From Malacoraja senta (lineage: Eukaryota), in NCBI GenBank assembly GCA_038087875.1, contig CM075995.1:5644001-5708000 (forward strand): a stretch of 64,000 nucleotides of DNA, given 5' to 3'. Below are positions 24,972 through 37,297 of this stretch, piece after piece. Made by a program: the position numbers and the translations under genes. The notes under the pieces were generated by a model. That model worked only from the letters and a program-made list of their open reading frames with translations. It made no database searches and was not told where the DNA came from. The first letter of the stretch is position 1, and every line of letters starts with the position of its first letter.

Positions 24972-27201
24972 CTGTAAAACAAAAGAGGAAAGAGACCATC
25001 AATTAAATAGAAATGGATGAATGTAATAGGTCCAAGATCAGCTGTAACTCCCGTGGAATTACCCTTCAGTGCTCTTCTCTAAATGCTGCAAATTGGGCTA
25101 TCATTATGTCCATGAAACCTAATGAGGAACAAAATCAGTGTGTGTTGGAAGGAACTGCAGATGCTAGTTTATAACAAAGATGTTTCTATACTTCTATAGA
25201 CACAAAATGTTGAAGTAACTCAGCGGGTCAGGCAGCATCTCGTCGGAGAGAGGAGAAGAACTTCTCTTCAAAGTAGGCATACCTTGAGATTTCACAGTGG
25301 AGTAGACAAAATGTGAAGGAAGGAACTGCATATGCTGGATAACACCGAAGACAGACACAAAATGCCGGAATAACTCATCGGGACAGGCAGCATCCGCCTG
25401 ACTCAGGCAGGTCAGAAGAGTCTGAAGGTCTCGAACCGAAACGTCACCCATTCCTTTTCTCCAGAGATGCTGCCTGCCCCACTGAGTTGCTCCAACATTT
25501 TGTGTCTATCTTCGAGGTAAAAACACTGTTTGCAAAATCTGATTTTGCCAAGCCTGCTGTAGTCACATTATCAAGTGCTAACTGAGTCACTCTTTCTTAA
25601 ATTTATCAAGAGTCAAGAGTATTGTATTTGGTCATATGCACCAAAACAAACCTATGAAATTCTGTCTATTATAACATAACTTGGCGAGCATATCCTAGCA
25701 AGTCTGCTAAAATATTCCCACCAAGCTAAATAATGTGACACTTCATTCTTGGATGAGTTTTAAGCTTTCCTGAGAGCACATGTGGTACAGGCCAACTGCA
25801 AGTAGTAGTGTGGTGTCAGCAGGCATCAATGAAGTACGCAGGGTCATACATGATCTTCCCGAGGAGTATGGAAGGGTCAAGGAATCAAGCTGCTCACTCC
25901 TGGTATTAAGTTCTTCGGAAAATCTGTCACTATGGTATAGCTTTAACGCAATGAGATCGTGAAAGCTATAATTCTCTTTGAGGTTTCTCAGCAAGGTAGT
26001 GATGTATTCATTGCCCCATGATGGATGAAGCTCAGACTTAAGTTTCGTCTTGCTCACTCAGTTACCACTGCACCGTCGAAATACCTGCCTCTTCCCCACC
26101 TCCTTTCCTCCACTAAAAGTCCCGATAACCAGCTCCACGGTTCACAGCTATGTCAATGGATTGCACTGTAATCTGTAAGCACTGTAAATGGATTCATTGT
26201 AGCCATGTATTGTTTTTCTGCTGACTGATTAGCACGCAACAAAAAACTTTTCACTGTACCTCGGTACACGTGACAATAAACTAAACTATGTATCCCTCGT
26301 GGGCTCACAGCTGTCTCTATTCGAAAATCAGCCTATCGGGGAACCTCCTTGCCTGAGGTCATCTGTTGCCGGCCCTGATTTGTCCTGTTTTTTTACTAGC
26401 ATCCTGTTCCTCCCCCCACCCCCACCCCCCTCCACCCCCACCCACTTACAATCAGTCTGAAGAAGGGTTTCGACTCAAAACATCACCTATCCATGTTCTC
26501 CAAAGATGCTGCCTGACCCACTAAGTTACTCCAGCACTTTGTCTATCTTCCGCCAAAATAATGTTGTCAATAGACAATAGATGCCGTAGTAGGTCATTCG
26601 GCCCTTCGAGCCAGCACCGCCATTCAATGTGATCATGGCTGATCATCCCCAATCAGTACCCCGTTCCTGCCTTCTCCCCATATCCTATCTTTAAGAGCCC
26701 TATCTAGCTCTCTCTTGAAAGTATCCAGCGAACCGGCCTCCACCGCCCTCTGAGGCAGAGGATTCCACGGACAATTGACAAAGTTATCAGACACAAGATT
26801 GAGGACTGTAAGACTGATAATAAAGACAGAGTAATTGTAGTAAAGCAACAACCATTCTTACAAGTAATAACAACCGGAACTAATCTATTATAGAAGTCTG
26901 TTAGTCAACATGGAACACACTCAAAATTATTCAATCAGTCTGTGTTACCTGTGTGCTTAATTACAATTTAGTTATCACTTCCCACTGTGAAATGTGACAG
27001 GAAACTCCAAGTCAAGAAGGGGAAGCCATCCCTACTTTCTCAGGACAGCTGGGAATAAATAACAAAACATCAGCTCTGCTATTGACGCACCTGTTCTGAG
27101 AATGAGGAATAAAAAATGAACTGCAATCAAAGACTGCAGAAGCCAAATGAAGTTCCAACCAATTGCAGCTTCTACTTCTTGCGTATGGCGTGCACAGCCT
27201 A

Positions 27202-27632
27202 AACATAGAAACATAGAAAATAGGTGCAGGAGTAGGCCATTCGGCCCTTCAAGCCTGCACCGCCATTCAATATGATCATGGCTGATCATCCAACTCAGTA
27301 TCCTGTACCTGCTTTCTCTCCATACCCCCTGATCCCTTTAGCCACAAGGGCCACATCTAACTCCCTCTTAAATATAGCCAATGAACTGGCCTCAACTACA
27401 TTCTGTGGCAGAGAATTCCAGAGATTCACCACTCTCTGTGTAAAAAATGTTTTTCTCATCTCGGTCCTAAAAGATTTCCCCTTTATCCTTAAACTGTGAC
27501 CCCTTGTTCTGGGCTTCCCCAACATCGAGAACAATCTTCCTGCATCTAGCCTGTCCAACCCCTTAAGAATTTTGTACGTTTCTATAAGATCCCCCCTCAA
27601 TCTTCTAAATTCTAGCGAGTACAAGCCGAGTC
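27202..27632 (-). mobile_element. CR1 3' fragment, young subfamily
   Basis: LGLYSLEFRRLRGDLIETYKI...GYGEKAGTGY; (atagaaac)n tail on the plus strand. Confidence 0.9.
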
Positions 27633-28470
27633 TTGTAGGACAACTAGTTCTATTTGATCTTATTTGATTGTGCACGCCAGGTTGATTGCATTCATTGAAA
27701 CAGGGCGGGCCACGTGAAGGTTACAATCTCTCACCCCAACTAATTGCAGCAGTCCAAGGGAACAAGGTTACATAGAATATAGAACACAGAACCGTACAGC
27801 ACAGGAACTGGCCTTTCGGCCCAACACATTGTTCTGCCTTCTATGTAGAAGGTTCTTGGCAGCTGGTGCAATGAGGAACCTTCCAAATGAAACATGAGCT
27901 GGAATGGAATGAAACATAGCTAGATAAAATTGTGCTGAAGACCATTGCATTAGAATAGAGAACAGTACAGACAACAGGAACAGACCCACCATCTGCCTGC
28001 ACATGACCTGTATTCTTCTATTCCCTGCCTGCTCCTGTCTAAATGCTTTCCTTGCTTTCACATCTGATTCCACCATCTCCCTTGGAAACACATTCCAAAC
28101 TCCTACCACTGTGTGTAACCGCTTATATAAAATACCCCCCTCTCATCTTAGAGCTGACCTTTCTTTTTGACCTCTCCACACTATCTACCCTGTCTACGCC
28201 TCTCATAATTTTATATGCTTCTATCAATCTCTCCCACACCTCCCCTCAACCTCTGACAAACACCAAAGAAAACAATCCAAGTTTGTCCAACTCCTAGTTA
28301 AATCTCTTTAATCCAGATTAAACTCTTCTGCACCCTCTCTGAAGCCTCCACTTCGCTATAAGAACCACCCACAATGCTCCAAATGTGGCCGAGCCAAAGT
28401 TCTAAACTGCTGCCGTACGACTTGTCAACTCTTATACTTGTATTATTGTAGACGTATTTATAATACTCAC

Positions 28471-28593
28471 TTGATCCTGTGGGTCCATCTTCGTCATCAT
28501 TCGGTCTTCCAAAAGATTAAATGTCAGCACTTGGAGGACAAACAGCTGGTGAGCCATTTCCGTCTGAATGCTTCGATTTCCACGAATGACGTG
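28471..28593 (-). CDS. ELMO1: ELMO1 123-nt exon (human exon ~12): [41 protein letters not shown]
   Basis: ttctttctgtgcaacag|CACGTCATT...CAGGATCAA|gtgagt; phase 0-0. Confidence 0.96.
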
Positions 28594-29017
28594 CTGTTGC
28601 ACAGAAAGAATTTCTGTTCAGGACAGTATCAACAAACAACTCATAATCCTTCCTCACCTAGACAACCACAGATCACATTACAATGAAAGAGTAGAATTAG
28701 GCCATTTGGCCCTTCGGGTCTACTTCACCATTCCATCAGGGCTGATCTATTTATCCTTCGCAACCCCATTTTCCAACCTTCTCCCTGTAAACTTTAGCAC
28801 CCTTACTAATCAAGAATCTATCAATCTCAGCTTTAACAATACCCAATGATTTGGCCTCCACCGACGTCTGTGGCAATGAATTGCACAGATTTACCACCCT
28901 CTGGATAAAGAAATTCCCACCTCAGCTCCATTATAAAGGCACGTCCTTTTATTTGTAGGTACACAAAATGCTGGAGAAACTCAGCGGGTGCAGCAGCATC
29001 TATGAAGCGAAGGAAAT

Positions 29018-29053
29018 AGGCAACGTTTCGGACCGAAACCCTTCTTCAGACCT
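29018..29053 (-). ncRNA. Minimal type-I hammerhead ribozyme-like motif in a Penelope-derived tail
   Basis: Minus strand AGGU-CUGAAGA-A-GGGUUUCGGUCC-GAAAC-GUU-GCCU: both core boxes intact, imperfect helix II, 4-bp helix I, palindromic ACGU in place of helix III. Confidence 0.6.
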
Positions 29054-29237
29054 CCTTTTACAAGTTTCAGAACCTCCTTTTATTTGTACTTCAGCTCTGG
29101 TCCTAGACTCTCTCACTACTGGGAACATACTATCCACATAAGCATGTGTAACTATGTAGGCTAATTGGCCGTTGCAAATTGCCCCTGGTGTGTAGAGAGT
29201 GGATGTGAAAGTGGGATAACACAGACCCACAGAACAC

Positions 29238-29830
29238 AGAATAAAGGGGAGGCCATTTAAGACTGAGGTGAGAAAAAACGTTTTCACCCAGAGAGTTGTG
29301 AATTTGTGGAATTCCCTGCCACAGAGGGCAGTGGAGGCCAAATCACTGGATGGATTAAAGAGAGAGTTAGACAGAGCTCTAGGGGCTAGTGGAATCATAG
29401 AAACATAGAAAATAGGTGCAGGAGTAGGCCATTCGGCCCTTCGAGCCTGCACCGCCATTCAATATGATCATGGCTGATCATCCAACTCAGTATCCTGTAC
29501 CTGCCTTCTCTCGATACCCCCTGATCCCTTTTGCCACAAGGGCCACCTCTAACTCCCTCTTAAGTATAGCCAATGAACTGGCCTCAACTACCTTCTGTGG
29601 CAGAGAATTCCAGAGATTCACCACTCTCTGTGTGAAAAATGTTTTTCTCATCTAAAAGATTTCCCCCTTATTCTTAAACTGTGACCCCTTGTCAATGGGA
29701 ATCAAGGGATATGGGGAGAAGGCAAGCACGGGTTATTGATTGGGGACAATCAGCCATGATCACAATGAATGGCAGTGCTGGCTAGAAGGGCCGAATGGCC
29801 TCCTGCTGCACCTATTTTCTATGTTTCTAC
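29238..29830 (+). mobile_element. CR1 3' fragment interrupted by an inverted CR1 3' fragment (29397-29692, minus)
   Basis: gggctagtggaatc|atagaaac...|ggaatcaagggatatgg resumes after the insert. Confidence 0.8.
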
Positions 29831-30345
29831 TGTGAAGGGGTGATCAATGTGGTTCAGGTGGGCCAAGGGCCTGTTTCCATGCTGTATCTTTCAAAACATT
29901 CTCATTAAATAAATGGCAAGAATATTGAACACTAAATAAGAAACCTGCACTCAAAAATAAAATTTAGTTTATTTTGAAGTCCCATGCTTTTACAGGTTAA
30001 ATCCTAAAATGTCCAAGATAATGAATATTAATTGATGAGCATGTGTTTATCACTGTCCTTTGAGAATACTTCAAAGGAAGAGCAGTAATAAAGGTTCTGC
30101 ATCTTTTAGCTACAGTGGTTACTGATTAAATGGCCTGTAAAATGAGACAATTCAGGATCAAATCTTCCGTGAAAGCAAGATTATAATTTACCTAATTTAA
30201 ATTTTCTGCTGCAGGTTTTTATTTAAAACGTTAAATATTATAGGCTCCCCTTCAAGAGAATTTTAAATAAAAAGACTTGTCGATACACTTGAGATGACAT
30301 TTTATTAAATGGTGAAAATTCCACTCAAAATAATGGTGAGGACAT

Positions 30346-30635
30346 TAGTTTAGTTTAGATTAATGATATAGCGTGGAAACAGGTCCTTCAACCCACCGAG
30401 TCCGTGCCGATCAGCAATCACCACGTACACTAGTTCTATCCTATACACCAGGGACAATTTACAGAAGCCAATTAACCTACAAACCTGCACGTCTTTGGAA
30501 TGTGGGAGGTGACCGGAGCACCCAGAGGAAACCCACGCGGTCACAGGGAAAATGTACAAACTCTGTACCGACAACACCAGGATGGAACTCGGGTCTCTGG
30601 CACTGTAAGACAGCAACTCTACTGCTGTGCTGCCC
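30346..30635 (-). mobile_element. HE1-like SINE
   Basis: Reverse-complement head, core and tail. Confidence 0.83.
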
Positions 30636-30799
30636 TTTAATGAAGCAACTGATGATGGCAGTGCCTAGGACACTGCCCTATGCAACTCCTGCACAGTGTC
30701 TTTGCAAAAAGTCAAAGTTAAAATGGAGTTTAATGCATCAGCGAGACCAAACGTCGACTGGGCGATCATTTCACGGAACACCTTCGCTCAGTCCGCCTA

Positions 30800-31307
30800 A
30801 ACCAACCTGATCTCCTGGTTGTCGGACACTTTAATTCTCCTTCCCATTCCCACACTGACCTTTCTGTCCTAGGTCTCCTTCATTGTCAGAGTGAGGCTAA
30901 ACGCAAATTGAAGGAACAGCATCTCATATTTCGCTTGGGCAGCTTACAGCCTAGTGGTATGAATTTTGATTTCTCTCTTTTCAGGTAGCCCCGGCATTCC
31001 CTCTCTCTCTAACCCTCCCCCACCCAAGTCGCACTAGCTTGTCGTTTTCACCCTACAAACAGCTAATAATGGCCTGTTTCTATTATCATCGTTACTTTTT
31101 TGCATATCTTTCATTCACTGTTCTTTATCTCTCCACATCATCATCTATATCTCTCGTTTCCCTTATCCCTAACCAGTCTGAAGAAGGGTCTCGACCCGAA
31201 ACATCACCCATTCCTTCTCTCCAGAGATGCTGCCTGTCCCGCTGAATTACTCCAACTTTTTGTGTCTATCTTCGGTTTAAACCAGCATCTGCAGTTCCTT
31301 CCTACAC
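30800..31307 (+). mobile_element. Penelope-like element 3' end (GIY-YIG C-terminal region plus tail with hammerhead motif)
   Basis: Translates PVVGHFNSPSHSHTDLSVLGLLHCQSEAKRKLKEQHLIFRLGSLQPSGMNFDFS; ctgaagaagggtctcgacccgaaacatc at 31178. A related fragment lies at 33155-33385. Confidence 0.85.
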
Positions 31308-32495
31308 TTAATATCTTCCTCAATGCAAGGCATATATCTGGGCAGGAAGGAGATTTCACCCTGGTACCCACAGGTTCACTTTTACCTGGACACTAAGTGC
31401 TGGTTGACACTGCAAGCAAAATTAATAGGGTGGATGGGGTTACAAGGAACTGCAGATGCTGGTTTATAAAAGTGCTGGAGTAACTCAGCGGGTCAGGCAG
31501 CATCTCTGGAGAACATAGATAGGTGACGTTTCAAGTCGGGGCCTCTCTTCAGTCTGAAGTGCTGCATGGCCTCATAGCTTTTGCTATGTACACGGGCAGA
31601 AAGTGAAGCACATTTTACATTCCCTTTGATGAATTTTACAACCCCCTCACATCCCTTTATTCTCACGAGTCTACAGTATGATCCCTGGATAACAAAAGAG
31701 CAAATCTTTCCTCATTTATATCGAAGCCTCCATTTATACTGTGAAATGCGATAGAACTCTACAACCTCAGAGATTGTTTTAGGTTTTCACTAATTTACGG
31801 ATCAAAAGATGAATGAGTTTGTGTGACATTCTATCCATACACAGGTTGTACGCAAATGTAGGATCACATCCCAAAACACTCAACAGGAGCATTATAAAGG
31901 TGCACAAGAGCAGGATAAAAACTAAATTTAACACTCAATCACATAAAGGAAACGTTCAATGCACTGAGCAAATGCATTATCGTGCATGATATCATTCTAG
32001 TCCCTAGTGCATTTAACATTTTTATTCTCAGGCATGCCTTCACTAACAACCCTCTAAACTTTTCAGTTTATCTACTCTATATCTTCTTTTAAAACATAGA
32101 AAATAGGTGCAGGACTAGGCCATTCGGCCCTTCGAGCCAGCACCGCCATTCAACATGATCATGGCTGATCATCTAAAATCAGTACCCCGTTCCTGCTTTT
32201 TCCCCATATCCCTTGATTCCTTTAGCTCTAAAAACATTATTGCCCACACAAAATAGTGCAGGCAGCATATTGTAAGTACACTTACAATAAAATTACATCT
32301 TCCCCAAAATTGATCACTATGATTTAAGTACCATTTTGTCTAAGTGCAGTGCCTTTTGGCTGAAGGCTTTCCATCTGCCGGAACTACAGTGTCCTAAACT
32401 CCCGCTGTCCATACGTGATTCGAACATATCAATGAATTTGTCCAAGTATCGGCTGCACTTGTATGACTGCCAACTTAATTCAAAGGGGGTTTATT

Positions 32496-32790
32496 AGTTT
32501 GGCTTAGTTTAGTTTAGAGATACAGTGCGGAAACGGGCCCTTCGGCCAACCGAGTCCACGCCCATCAGCAATCCCCATACACTAGAAATATCCTACACAC
32601 TTGGGGCAATATACAATTTTTGCCGATGCCAATTAACCTTCAAACCTGTACGTCTTTGGAGCGCGGGAGGAAACCCACACAGGTCATGGGGAGAACGTAC
32701 AATTTTCCGTACAGACATCACCCATAGTCAGGATCGAACCCGGGTCTCTGGCGCTGTAAGGCAGCCGCTCGACCACTGTGCCATTGTGCT
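32496..32790 (-). mobile_element. HE1-like SINE
   Basis: Reverse-complement head, core and tail. Confidence 0.83.
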
Positions 32791-32831
32791 GCTAGCAATG
32801 AACATCATTGAAAGGAAAAAACTCACACTTA

Positions 32832-33007
32832 AGGGCGTCATTTTCGCGACGTCATTTATGCACATGGCATGCATTACGCGCGCATGGCGTGTGGTGACGT
32901 AGGCAGTGACACGCGGTCGCGTGCGGCGCCCCAGGATTTTGAGATTCACAAAATCTTCACGCGCCACCTGCGTGATGCGCAAATGATGCCCAAGTGAGAC
33001 AGGCCCT
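32832..33007. mobile_element. PIF/Harbinger-like MITE, left TIR partly deleted
   Basis: TTA|agggcgtcatt...aaatgatgcccaagtgagacaggccct|TTA; CpG-rich; right terminus nearly the same as the 37741 MITE. Confidence 0.6.
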
Positions 33008-34539
33008 TTAGTCCTTGAATGTAAACTGGCATTAACTGGTCTTTTTATCCTGGGCCTCTCCATTGTCAGAGAATTTTTTTTTATTTTTTTAAGTGTTCGG
33101 CACGGACTAGAAGGGCCGAGATGGCCTGTTTTCGTGCTGTTATGGTTATATGGTTATAGTGCGGCTAAACGCAAATTGGAGAATCAGCACCTCATATTTT
33201 GCTTGGGCAGCTTACAACCCAGTGGTATGAATATTGATTTCTCTAAGTTGAAGTAACCCTTGCTTTCCCTCTCCCAGCTTAGTCGTCGTACTAGTTTCAC
33301 TGTCGTCCTGTTGAGTTTCATTGTCTACATAACTCGTTTTCACCTGGCCCATAGCTAAGGATGGACTCCCAGCATTTTGTGTTCCAACTATGAATAAGGA
33401 ATATGTTTACAAACCAGCTGGCCGTAATCTTGACCAGTATTTTGCTCGTACATAAGACGCTACACTCTCTGCCCAATGTGAGCCGTCAGTGAATGGCCTG
33501 GCTGGAAGAAATCGTATTCTATTAGAGTTATTCCCACAACCCTTACGCCCATTGCTCATCTCATAGAGTCTTAGAGTGGAAACAGGCCCTTCAGCCCAAC
33601 TTGCCCGCACTGACCAACATGTCCCATCTACACTTGTCCCACCTGCCTGCATTTGACCCTTATCCCTCTAAACCTGTCCTATCCATGTACCTGTCTAAAT
33701 GTTTCTAAAACATCATCCAGCAGCTCATTCCATACATCTATCACCCTTTGCGTGAATAAGTTACCCCTCACGTTCATATTAAATCTTCCCCCCCTCACTT
33801 TGAACCCATCCCCCACTCTGGGCACGAGACTCTATGCGTCTACCCGATCTATTCATCTCATGATTTTGTACGCCTCTGCAAGATCTCCCTTTTCACTGCT
33901 CCCCCATTGCCAAGTCTCCAAATGTCAGCTTCTGTTGCCTTTAGTGTTCCTTTCCTGACCCCCTCTATGCTGCTTCAAGGGAATGCATAGGCTACTTGGG
34001 GAAGAAAAGCCCTTTATATTTCTTTCTTGGAACTTTTCCAGAGCCAGAGGGAGCCCTCACCAGTGAATGCATTCCTCACAGGTTAACGCTTCCAACTCAT
34101 TGGGGTGTCAGCCTTGACAAATGCTGCAGGACCCAAATGCTGCATCTCCCTCCCCATACTTGTTCACCTCTCTTTGTTTTTAAGGCATCTACAGAGTGAT
34201 GCGGCGTGGAAACAGGCCCTTCAGCCCAACTTACCCAAGCTGACCAACATGCTCCATCTACACTAGTTCCACCTACCTGCATTTGACCCATATCCCTCCA
34301 AGCCTATATTTCCATGAACCTGTCCAAATGTTTTTAACACCTTAAAACTTCTTAAAACTCACTTCTCGCTCATCCACAGGCTCAATTTCCATTTCTACCC
34401 CATTATGTTCCTGTTAAGTTCATTCGAGGTCCTACATTATTAAATTGTGCTTTTTAAATAAATGTTTTTTCTAATAAAACATACAACTATCATAAAATAA
34501 CAAGCACAACTTTTTCCCAGTAAATTTTCCCCGACTTAC

Positions 34540-34590
34540 AGATAAAATAATGGCACGCAACTGTTTCTGGGCCAAGATATTCGCTATTTC
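34540..34590 (-). CDS. ELMO1: ELMO1 51-nt exon (human exon ~11): EIANILAQKQLRAIILS
   Basis: ttttcttttgtccacag|GAAATAGCG...ATTTTATCT|gtaagt; phase 0-0. Confidence 0.93.
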
Positions 34591-35458
34591 CTGTGGACAA
34601 AAGAAAAACAATCAAGGTAAGATTTCAGTTCCAGATCTTTAATACAATCTAACAAGAAATTAATACCTTAAATATAAAAATTCTCCTCAATGTATTTCTT
34701 GTTCCAAATTTGAATGAACAGTATTTCACCAAACATTGATTTGTACTTGAAAAGCTTTTGTGTAGAAAATATCCAACTCTAGTGTTGAAACTCACAACAC
34801 TTTCTCATCAAACGCTGTTGAATATCAAGTAGACAGCTTCAGCGTTATCAAGCAATCTCACTAAGACTTGCCAATCATGGCAAGTTGAATGGACTTTTAC
34901 TCCATCCAAGAGGAATGCTGGATGGAGGGAGGGAGAGTTCCCATCTATGTTTTGGCCAAGTGTGTGGGTATCCATGAGGGATTCAGCATGAAACAATTAC
35001 CGTGACTTCAGTGCAAGTTAGATAAAATGATAGCTTCTTTCAAAGTAGCAGGCCGATATCGCAATTTCGAGCTTAAAATCCAGAACAAAATAAAAATAAA
35101 GTAAATGCTGGAGACACTAAGCAGGCCAGGTAACATAGATGGAGAGAGAAATAGAGTTATGGTTTCAAGTGGAAGGAACTGTAGATGCTGGATTATACCG
35201 AAGTTGGAGTAACTGGGTGGGCCAGGCAGCATCTCTGGAGAAAAGGAAGAGGTAATGTTTCAGGTCAGAACCCTTTTGAAGAGGTAACATTTCAGGTCTT
35301 GGACCTTTGATGAATGTCTTGGGTCTACATTATTAACTGTTTTCCTTTTCATTGATACTGTAGACCTGCTGAGTATTTCCAGCATTTCCTCCTTCTATTT
35401 CGTGCTGCCAACATCTGTGGATTTTTTTGAATTTTACAATAAGAGTTTAATTCCTAAC

Positions 35459-35995
35459 TTTTTGGTCTCCAAATTTGAGGAAGGACATTCTTGCTATTGA
35501 GGGAGTGCAGCGCAGGTTCACGAGGTAAATTCCCGGGATGGCGGGACTGTCATATGTTGAAAGAATGTAGCGGCTGGGCTTGTATTTACCGGAATTTAGA
35601 AGGATGAGAGGGGAACTTATTGAAACATATAAGATTATTAAGGGTTTGGACACGCTAGAGGCAGGAAACACGTTCCCCATGTTGAGGGAGTCCAGAACCA
35701 GGTGCCACAGTTTAAGAATAAGGGGTAGGCCATTTAGAACGGAGATGAGGAAAACCTTTTTCACCCAGAGAGTTGTGAATCTGTGGAATTCTCTGCCTCA
35801 GAAGGCAGTAGAGGCCGATTCTCTGGATGTTTTCATGAGAGAGTTAGATAGGGCTCTTAAAGATAGCAGTCAAAGGATATGGGGAGAAGGCAGGAACGGG
35901 GTAGTGATTGTGGATGATCAGCCATGATAACAGTGAATGGCGGTGCTGGCTATAAGGGCCGAATGGGCTACTCCTGCACCTATTGTCTATTGTTT
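35459..35995 (+). mobile_element. CR1 3' fragment
   Basis: FWSPNLRKDILAIEG...FTQRVVNLWNSLPQ; ctattgtctattg tail. Confidence 0.88.
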
Positions 35996-36501
35996 ATATT
36001 GTCTAAAGTAATCCGCAGAGACTCTTCAGCAAGGAACAGAAAGCTAAAGCCCAAGAGTGTCTCATGCGTGTGATGATGTTCTACAAAGCTGAACTATATC
36101 CTGCACTCGGTATCTTCCCCTTTGCTCTGTCGATGTATTTGAGTTTGACTTGATTGTATTTATGTGTGGTGTATCTGATCTATTTAGATAGCACGCAAAA
36201 CAAAGCTTTTCACTGTACACATGACAATAATAAACCTAAATCTGTTCCTACCATTTATAATAACTGTAGCCTGACCAATTGTTTCCTTCCCTGTCCCATT
36301 ACCAATCTCTTTCACTATCAATGCTTTTGTCATTTCATCCTGTCCTCCACCCCATCACTGATGTTCACTTTTCTTATTCCTTTTGAACTTTCTTGGCAAA
36401 TTAAACTCTGCTTGCCTTTAACTTTACTCTGTGTGGATGAAAGATCACTAACCTGAAACGCTAATGCTTTCTCTAGAGATTCTGCCTATTTCCAGTAGTT
36501 T

Positions 36502-36848
36502 TGTAGAGGCACCAAACGTCGTGAATAAACGGGTTACTTTATTCAGGCACAATAGGTTCGTTATACATGCACGTTGGTCCTCTAACACAAAGATGTTGTT
36601 GCTGCTGCGAGGCTGTTGCCTCGTGGGCTCAAGCTGAGCCCCTGCTGAGGTGGAAGGACACTCACCCAAAGAGAGAAGAGAGCTGGTCAGCTCGAAGTCA
36701 GAGAGAGAGAGGGTTGTCCCAGGGTTCGTTATACACACCCCTATACTCCGTGACAACTCCTCCCTGCCATTACCCAGTCACTTGACCCTACCCCCGACTG
36801 CTGAGGGTTCGTGCGCAGCTAGTGGCCCAACCACTGGGTGCCGCCACA
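36502..36848 (-). mobile_element. LTR (3' LTR of an LTR retrotransposon, probably Gypsy-like)
   Basis: Minus strand TGTGGCGGCACC...GGTGCCTCTACA imperfect inverted termini; AATAAA near the 3' end; directly preceded by a polypurine tract (36852-36867) and about 430 bp of GC-rich internal DNA (to ~37297). Confidence 0.8.
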
Positions 36849-37297
36849 GGACCCCCCCCCCTCCCCCAGAACCGGAGGCAGGAAAACGAGCAGGCCGACA
36901 AAACGTGGCAGCCGGACTCGTAAACTTACAAGCAGACCGTGAGGGCAGACGTCGAAAAGGGATGGAGCGTGCTCACCTTCTAATGGAAGGTGCGCAAGCA
37001 TGGTCGAGGGCGGCTCCTACTGTGGGTCGGGGGCACCCCGGCTGTGGGTCAGGACGGTGGGGCCCGCGGGCGCAGTTGACGCTCCGGCAGTGGGCCATCC
37101 CGAGGTATGCCGAGGGGTGCAAGGAGACCAACGCAAAAGCCGCAGGACGGACGAGGTACAGACCAGTCACGGCGACCAGCAGGGGATCGTGTCCTGTGAA
37201 AGTCATCGGCAACAAAGCAAATACAACAACAAAGCCGAAGGTTCTATGGTTCGAACTGTCCAAATCAATGTACTATGAGAAGAAGCTGTGCTTGAAA

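Noticed and set aside
25743..26057. 104-aa minus-strand ORF in unique-looking intron as a missing ELMO1 exon or nested gene
   Set aside because: No similarity to ELMO peptides; the flanking exons 12 and 13 already join directly; no recognisable domain.
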